A stretch of 64,000 nt of DNA. It comes from Parvicellaceae bacterium (GTDB lineage: Bacteria > Bacteroidota > Bacteroidia > Flavobacteriales_D > JAUILH01). The stretch is taken from positions 2,102,552 through 2,166,551 of the forward strand of contig OZ246010.1 in the NCBI GenBank assembly GCA_965230535.1, written 5' to 3'. The position numbers and the translations under genes were made by a program. Shown here piece by piece: positions 58,115-64,000 of the stretch. Below the pieces are notes generated by a model, which worked only from the letters and a program-made list of their open reading frames with translations, had not been told where the DNA came from and ran no database searches. The number at the start of each line of letters is the position of its first letter. Within the stretch, counting starts at the first letter, position 1.

Positions 58115-58158
58115 AGCTTGATGGTAATTTAGACAGGCACTAAAATATGAATTTGAAT

Positions 58159-58974
58159 CTATATTTCAGACATAATTTGTTTGCCGGAAGTAGACTTAAA
58201 GCGCCAATATTGGTCAAAGAAAATGGTGCCGGAAACCTGCTTGTCGAGAGACCGCAACAAATCCTTCAAATCATAGTCGCTTTTTCGGCAACAGCTCATG
58301 TACGATCTTAAAACTGACATGACCGTTTTATTCTGTGCTTTGAGTTTTTCGTTGACCAGATAAAAATACGACACCCCACCCCAATACATGAGATGATACT
58401 CTCCCTGTGTTCTGTACCACATAGCCAATTCTGCCATGGGTTTATCTTTGGAAAGCGCCTCCCTTTTAGAGGCAAACTTCTTGTCGTAAATGCCTTGCAA
58501 TTCACTTGTTGTATAGATTCCCATTTCATGCATCACCTGATACTGAAGAAAAGTCGCAAAGCCTTCTGCAAACCAACTGTGTTTACGGCCAATAAATGGG
58601 ATCGCTAAATGACTGATCTCATGCTGAGCAGTCCAGTCCTTCAGAAAATCATCCAAACTAAAATTGGGGTTGATGTAGAAGTGTACACCCTGATCCTTTC
58701 CCCGGGATGTATGTGCCCAGGGCACGGGTTCTGAGGCGTTTGGATACTTAAAAATGGTGAAGGTGATGTCAAAAGGAAATTTCCCAAGTGTTCTTTGAAC
58801 GGAGTTTGCGACAGAATCCACCCAGATTTTGACCTTGGCTTTTTGCTTATCTGTAAAACTGTCTTCCCACACATAGCGGTATTGAGTTTTCTTTCCCTGA
58901 GCAAATACCTGTGACGAAAACTGACAAGTTACCATCAACAGAATTACACATATGACATTTTTTAATCCGCTCAT
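58159..58974 (-). CDS. secreted HExxH-motif protein (putative zinc metallopeptidase-like)
   Basis: Start chosen at MSGLKNVICVILLMVTCQFSSQVFAQ (signal peptide). Contains HEISH...EGFATF, which resembles a zincin HExxH...E arrangement. The family is not identified. Confidence 0.45.
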   Translation of the reverse strand: MSGLKNVICVILLMVTCQFSSQVFAQGKKTQYRYVWEDSFTDKQKAKVKIWVDSVANSVQRTLGKFPFDITFTIFKYPNASEPVPWAHTSRGKDQGVHFYINPNFSLDDFLKDWTAQHEISHLAIPFIGRKHSWFAEGFATFLQYQVMHEMGIYTTSELQGIYDKKFASKREALSKDKPMAELAMWYRTQGEYHLMYWGGVSYFYLVNEKLKAQNKTVMSVLRSYMSCCRKSDYDLKDLLRSLDKQVSGTIFFDQYWRFKSTSGKQIMSEI

Positions 58975-61085
58975 ATTCTCATGATCAAAATACACACATC
59001 ATCAATTTGCTCAAGATCGCCTTTCCACTTCTTCCACTCCTGGTGCAGTTCTTTAACAATTTGATCGGCCGGCAGATGCTTCAATTCAGCAATTTTATTT
59101 CTCAGGTTCTTAGGCTTGTACTTTTTCTGGCTTTCTCCACCAAATTGATCCTGATAACCGTCTGACATCAACACCAATAAATCTCCTTCTTCTACAGATT
59201 CAACCTTTAAACTAAACTGCTGCCGGTAGTCGTAGTTTCCAATGGGTTGTTTATCTGGTTTAATGATTTCAACAGCATGCGATCTAAAGATCCAAAGTGG
59301 ATTATTAGCTCCTGAAAACTCCACTTTTTGGGTTGTTTTGTCTATTGAAACCAGTCCAATGTCCATCCCGTCTCTAACTTGGTGGGTATCTGCTTTCTTT
59401 TTGAAGTTTTGTTCAAACTCATCATTCAATGCATCCAGCAGCTCATTACAGGTTGACAAGTGCTGTTCTTTCACCGATTTATTAAGGGCGTTGATTCCGA
59501 GAACGCTTACCATCGCGCCGGGCACACCATGACCAGTACAATCTGCCACGGTAACAAAGCACTTATTTTCATTTACAGCATGGCACCAATAAAAATCGCC
59601 GCTTACAATGTCCTTAGGTGTATACAACAAACCAACTTCTGAGACACAGGTTTTGATGGAATCGAGATTGGGCAGCAAACCATCCTGAAGGTTTTTCGCA
59701 TAGTTAATGGAATCGGTAATTTCCTTGTTTTTCTCCTGAAGGTTCAAATTCTGTTCGGAGATCAATTGCTGACTTTTCTTTCTTTGTTTCAAAAGAATAA
59801 AAACCACACCCAGAAGTAATAGAAGGCAAATACTGAACACAGCGACATATAAGATGATTCTGTCCTTTTCTTTGTTCTGTTGATCCTTCTTCTCAATGTC
59901 TCCTTTGAGGACTGTTTCCTTCTCAACGTGCTTCTCAATCTCAAGCGAATCTTTAATCTCAATTTCGCGGATTTTCTGACGTTCTTCCATTTCCGCCAGT
60001 TGTAATAGCTTTTCAGACGAACGGATTGAATCATTTAAAATAGCATACCTCTCCTGAAGCAGATACGCTTCTTCGTAATTCCCTCCAATAGACATGGCTT
60101 TTGCCCTTGCTTCCAGATAATTTAAGCGGATTAAAGAGTTGTCGATTGCCGAATAATACAGGTCAGAACTATCCAATAATTCAATGGCTCTTTGAGCTTG
60201 TCCCTTACTATTATAAATGACAGCCAAATCAATATAAATCTCCCTGAAATAATGATTTGACATCTTGTTCTCTCTTGAGAATTTAATCATCTCTCGTCCA
60301 TAATAAATGGCGGAATCCATGTTCTCAAGGAGGTAGTGAATATTGCATAAATTGGTAAGTACATCTGCCGTATGAATGATGTCGTTGTACTTTCTCGCGT
60401 AATGTCTGGATTTATGATAGTAGACTATGGCACTGTCCAGCTCCTTTTCCCTTTTGTATACAATTCCCAGGTTGTTATAGGCTGACGCAAAGGCACTGGA
60501 ATCATTATTTTCCTGAGCATTTTTGAGCGTCTTTAAAACATAATACTTGAACTTGTCTATGGCGCCCAATTGCATGTACACAATCCCAATATTTGAATAT
60601 TGAAAAGTCAGGTTCTTTTTACCCTGGGCTTCAGCAATATCAATAGAGCGCTGGTAGTATTTGACGGCCAGTCTGGGCTTGTCTTCATTGTAGTAACTGA
60701 CTCCGGTATTCATGAAAAGTCCGGCCAATCCTGTGCTATCCTCCTGTCTGTAGGAGAACTTGATGCCTTCCCGGTAATAGTAGCGTGCAGAATCGTAATT
60801 CTCGGTAATGATGTTGTAGTTACCCAAACGAAGAAACCCACTTTGCTGATATTTGATCGACTGATGTTTCTGTGCCAGTTTCATGCAAATCCTGGTGATT
60901 TCAAGAAATGATTCGGGGTAGGAATACAGTAAGGGCTGTGTGTTTTTGAGAATGCAGCCTAGTTGAGCTGTATCAATGGTTTCCAGTTGATCCTGTGACG
61001 CTCCACAATCATTAAAAATGCTGTCTATATCAGACTGCGCATGGCCAAGTGCCGGAAGTAAACATATGATTAAGAGCCATCTCAC
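58971..61085 (-). CDS. TPR-sensor membrane PP2C-type (SpoIIE-family) phosphatase
   Basis: Start proposed at GTG 61085, giving MRWLLIICLLPALGHAQ. The ATG at 61175 used by the track would overlap the upstream gene by 35 nt and adds no signal peptide. Extracytoplasmic TPRs, TM helix ILYVAVFSICLLLLLGVVFILL, a coiled coil, and a PP2C domain with GDFYWC, VADCTGHGVPGAMVS, DGMDIGLV and MSDGYQDQFGG. Confidence 0.8.
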   Translation of the reverse strand: MRWLLIICLLPALGHAQSDIDSIFNDCGASQDQLETIDTAQLGCILKNTQPLLYSYPESFLEITRICMKLAQKHQSIKYQQSGFLRLGNYNIITENYDSARYYYREGIKFSYRQEDSTGLAGLFMNTGVSYYNEDKPRLAVKYYQRSIDIAEAQGKKNLTFQYSNIGIVYMQLGAIDKFKYYVLKTLKNAQENNDSSAFASAYNNLGIVYKREKELDSAIVYYHKSRHYARKYNDIIHTADVLTNLCNIHYLLENMDSAIYYGREMIKFSRENKMSNHYFREIYIDLAVIYNSKGQAQRAIELLDSSDLYYSAIDNSLIRLNYLEARAKAMSIGGNYEEAYLLQERYAILNDSIRSSEKLLQLAEMEERQKIREIEIKDSLEIEKHVEKETVLKGDIEKKDQQNKEKDRIILYVAVFSICLLLLLGVVFILLKQRKKSQQLISEQNLNLQEKNKEITDSINYAKNLQDGLLPNLDSIKTCVSEVGLLYTPKDIVSGDFYWCHAVNENKCFVTVADCTGHGVPGAMVSVLGINALNKSVKEQHLSTCNELLDALNDEFEQNFKKKADTHQVRDGMDIGLVSIDKTTQKVEFSGANNPLWIFRSHAVEIIKPDKQPIGNYDYRQQFSLKVESVEEGDLLVLMSDGYQDQFGGESQKKYKPKNLRNKIAELKHLPADQIVKELHQEWKKWKGDLEQIDDVCILIMRI

Positions 61086-61140
61086 GAGATAAAGATACGA
61101 TTTGGAAGTAATTGAGGAGTTCGGTTGACTTCCTGAACCA

Positions 61141-63174
61141 TTACAAGCTATCGAGAAACTCGCCAATTGTAACATCTGAGGGAACCTCCATTTTCTTGCG
61201 GAGACGATAGCGTCCTTTTTTGACGCTGTCTACTGCAATGCCCAACATGCCGGCTATGAGTTTGCTATTCATTTTTAGTTTGAGGAGTACGACCAGCCTC
61301 TGTTCCGCATTGGACAGATTGGGATATTTTTCCATCACGTTTTCAAGAAATTTCCCGTGAAGTTTATTGAACTGCATTTTGAAATCTTCCCAGTCTTTTT
61401 CTGTGCCAATGTTGGTTTCAACCAGTTTAAACAGGTGAAGCATGTTGAATTCTTTGTTGTTCTTCTGTCGCTCTCCAAAAGCCTGTAATTCTGTTTTCAG
61501 TTTTTCCAAGAGCTCATTTTTGGCCGATAATTGGGTACTAAACTGGATCAACTCACGATTCATAGCCTCTTTTTCAAGTCTTTCAATTTTCAACTTTTCC
61601 TGAGTCTGAATGTTTACCAACATCAAGTTGCGTTGCTTTTTTTGATTGCGGTACTTCTGCAAAAAATAAATCAAAACAGCCACTACAATTAATAGAATTA
61701 ATGCAAGTATCAATTCAAAATTCCTGCGCTTGGTTAGCTCACTGTCAGCCTTCGCAATTTGAGCCTTTTGATTTAGAATTTGAATCCTTTGGTTTTTTAA
61801 TTCGAGTTCCTTTTCGGCAGTTCTTAATTCATAGCCCCCCAGAATCTCTGCGAACTTGTCAATGCTTCTTTCATTGATCAAGCTGTCACTATAGATCGTG
61901 TATAGTTTGTATTGTTCCAGAGCACGTTCAAAATCTCCATTGGCCACATAAATTTCTGACAAAGTCAGGGCCCCATTTTGGATGGCTGCTAAATCTCCGG
62001 TTGTCATTTTGAACTCCATTCCCTCCAGGCCATAGTGTATGGCACTATCCAAATCATTCTTTAAAACATGATATTCGGCCAGCTTCAAGTAAATATAGCC
62101 CAAACCTCTCGCGTTTTTGGCTTTTTGGGCACTTGATAAACTTCTATTAAAATAAACCTTGGCCTCATCAAGATCTCCTTTTTGTAAATAGGCATTGCCA
62201 ACATTCCCCAACACAAACCAAATCTCTGCAGTTGAGTTGATCTCTTCTCTCAATTCCAGAGATTTTAAATAATAGCTCAACGATTCTTCGGGTTTTCCCT
62301 GTTTTTTCATGAGCGTTCCCAGGTTGTTGTATGACTTGGAGGCACCAAGAAGGTCTTTCGTCCTCAATTGATAATTCAGAGCCCACTCCATACTTTCCCT
62401 GGCTTTATCGAACTGTTTGATTCGTTTATACAAGTTCCCCAGGTTGGCATGAACAATAGACTGATCTCTGTCATTTTTATTGATTTTAGCTTCTTCCAAA
62501 GCTTTCAAATAATGATCCAGGGCCTCAGTATAGTTGCCCATGCTATAGTGAACCAATCCTATATTAAGATAACTGGAGGACAACATTTCCGGATTGATCT
62601 GCTCTCTGATTTTATGTCCTTTGATGCCGAATTCAAGTGCCCTGTTATAATCTACTTTTAGCATAAGTAGTCCACACATATTGTCGTAAATGGTGGCCAA
62701 CATCACAGAATCCTGAATTTCTTCCAGAATTTCTACGGCCAGAAGATTGTGATTTTCAGACGCTTCATAGTCTCCCTGACCCTGAGAGATCAGTCCCCAT
62801 AAGCCATGAACTTTTGCCTGACCCTTTTTGTTTTCAAGCCCCTCGTATTGCTCCACTGAAATTTCAAGACAGGCAATGGCTAATTCCCAATTTTGACCAA
62901 TGTAATAGGTAACCCCTTTTGTATAGTTTGCCTGCGCCAGACCTGAATAATCCTCAAGATTTCTGGCCAGTTTAATGGCTTCTGTTGCATATTCAATGGC
63001 TTTATCAGGCTGACTTTGCTTGTATTCCCACGAGATGTCATTCAAACATTGTACACGTGCCTTGCCCTCCAACATAGGCAGTCTTTTTTCCAAACTGTCC
63101 AACATTGAACTTTTCTGACTTAACGAAACAAAGTTCAATAACACCAAGCACAAGAATAGGATACACTTTTCCAT
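61141..63174 (-). CDS. TPR-sensor single-pass membrane transcriptional regulator with C-terminal LuxR-like HTH
   Basis: Signal peptide MEKCILFLCLVLLNFVSLSQ. About 10 TPRs. TM helix LILALILLIVVAVLIYFL, then a coiled coil. C-terminal LSNAEQRLVVLLKLKMNSKLIAGMLGIAVDSVKKGRYRLRKKM is a LuxR-type HTH pattern. Confidence 0.7.
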   Translation of the reverse strand: MEKCILFLCLVLLNFVSLSQKSSMLDSLEKRLPMLEGKARVQCLNDISWEYKQSQPDKAIEYATEAIKLARNLEDYSGLAQANYTKGVTYYIGQNWELAIACLEISVEQYEGLENKKGQAKVHGLWGLISQGQGDYEASENHNLLAVEILEEIQDSVMLATIYDNMCGLLMLKVDYNRALEFGIKGHKIREQINPEMLSSSYLNIGLVHYSMGNYTEALDHYLKALEEAKINKNDRDQSIVHANLGNLYKRIKQFDKARESMEWALNYQLRTKDLLGASKSYNNLGTLMKKQGKPEESLSYYLKSLELREEINSTAEIWFVLGNVGNAYLQKGDLDEAKVYFNRSLSSAQKAKNARGLGYIYLKLAEYHVLKNDLDSAIHYGLEGMEFKMTTGDLAAIQNGALTLSEIYVANGDFERALEQYKLYTIYSDSLINERSIDKFAEILGGYELRTAEKELELKNQRIQILNQKAQIAKADSELTKRRNFELILALILLIVVAVLIYFLQKYRNQKKQRNLMLVNIQTQEKLKIERLEKEAMNRELIQFSTQLSAKNELLEKLKTELQAFGERQKNNKEFNMLHLFKLVETNIGTEKDWEDFKMQFNKLHGKFLENVMEKYPNLSNAEQRLVVLLKLKMNSKLIAGMLGIAVDSVKKGRYRLRKKMEVPSDVTIGEFLDSL

Positions 63175-63389
63175 GTGTTCTTTCTAAGTTTTCAAGACGT
63201 CTAAGATACTTGTCCTCCTGATTTGTCCACCCAATTTGTCCACCTGAACACAGGTTTTTTGCCCAAAAAACAGCTTGTCCCCCCTTTTTTCCCGAGCCAA
63301 AAGCAAGCCTCCTGATCAATTCGCCTCTAATTTGGGAATATCTATGAAAACACATAGATGGATTTGTGATCAACTTATTCCCACACACT

Positions 63390-64000
63390 ATGAAAAAAAT
63401 ATTACTCGCATGCTCATTTCTATTTTCGATGAGCATATAAATTAAAGCACAAACTGTTTTGCTTCAGGAAAGTTTCGAAACAGATGGTGAAGGTTCTCGC
63501 TATACATCAAATGCCTTTCACGCTGCCTGTCATGATTATTTTGAAAGAATTCAAGACTCTGATATTCCAACCAACAACTGTGTATCCAATGTGCCTGGTG
63601 CAGAGCATGGCACCTTTTATTGGGCTGGAGAAGACACTGATGGCGCCACAGGAGGAGAAGGCGTCCTAACTCTTGACCCTGTGACTGTAACCGGATATGC
63701 CCTGGATGTAGATATTTTACTGGCTCACGGACGTCCAAATGATGGCCGTTGTGAACTTGCTGATTATCTAATTCTGGAATACAATATGGATGGCGGTGGC
63801 TGGACCATGTTTGGAGCACTTTATGGCAATAATCACATAACTTTAAATGGAAACCTAACAGTAGATACAGATTTAGATGGCGCTGTTAATATAGGTGACC
63901 CGGAAGTCAATTCAACCAATTTCCAAAACTTCAATTTTACGATCCCGGTAACTGGCAATAGTTGTCAGGTGAGAATTAGAATGCTCATGAGTACAGGAAC
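63390..64000 (+). pseudogene. T9SS-cargo-like secreted protein gene (MAM-like N-terminus) interrupted by an in-frame TAA in the signal peptide; partial at window edge
   Basis: ATG 63390 gives MKKILLACSFLFSMSI, TAA at 63438-63440, then IKAQTVLLQESFETDGEGS... which stays open to the window end. The post-stop sequence parallels the N-terminus of the 16922 gene (QLLQENFDAGIPG). Confidence 0.5.

Noticed and set aside
61086-61175. ATG start at 61175 for the TPR-PP2C gene
   Set aside because: It would overlap the upstream gene by 35 nt and add 30 residues in front of an otherwise typical signal peptide. The in-frame GTG at 61085 gives MRWLLIICLLPALGHAQ.
63442-63819. 125-aa minus-strand ORF and the 61-aa plus ORF at 63484-63669
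   Set aside because: Both lie out of frame or antisense within the MAM-like secreted-protein reading frame (63390 to the window end). Their His/Gln-rich composition is typical of an antisense translation artifact.
1-64000. Search for tRNA, rRNA, CRISPR arrays, transposases, integrases and phage genes
   Set aside because: No GTTCGA-containing T-arm motifs in a cloverleaf context, no regularly spaced direct repeats, and no recombinase-like ORFs. The window appears to be core chromosome.

Overview
This 64-kb window looks like chromosomal DNA from a Bacteroidota genome, roughly 40-45% GC by eye. The signs are several Type IX secretion (T9SS) C-terminal sorting domains, a 294-aa Bacteroidota-type primary sigma factor, and an ileS-dksA/traR-lspA arrangement. 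I found no rRNA, tRNA, CRISPR array, transposase or integrase. Gene content by region: (i) housekeeping genes bcp, rpoD, asd, ileS, lspA, msrB, rluE-like, and phhA-phhB; (ii) a five-gene carotenoid operon in which an SDS-like serine dehydratase is translationally coupled, by 4-nt overlaps, to a CrtI/CrtD desaturase, a CruF-like protein, CrtZ and a CrtYcd-type lycopene cyclase, which points to a hydroxylated monocyclic xanthophyll; (iii) five large T9SS cargo proteins carrying lamin-tail, MAM, FG-GAP/ASPIC, LamG and CotH-kinase domains; (iv) a dense membrane-signalling region at 27.4-40.5 kb containing a YfiR-like DUF4154 protein, a HAMP-PP2C phosphatase, a YqiJ/NfeD-flotillin pair, a 1296-aa periplasmic beta-propeller sensor fused to a class III adenylyl cyclase plus a C-terminal HD domain, and a LuxR-type response regulator with a TPR-sensor histidine kinase; (v) a 1344-aa secreted TPR-CHAT protease-like protein; (vi) a tandem pair of signal-peptide/TPR/TM proteins with PP2C and HTH outputs. 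Three anomalies are visible in the sequence. lspA has no ATG/GTG/TTG upstream of its conserved N-terminus. A T9SS-type secreted-protein gene at the 3' edge has an in-frame TAA inside its signal peptide. A G9 homopolymer sits in the 5' end of a T9SS cargo gene. The most novel candidate is the propeller-cyclase-HD sensor and its flotillin/PP2C/YfiR neighbourhood.
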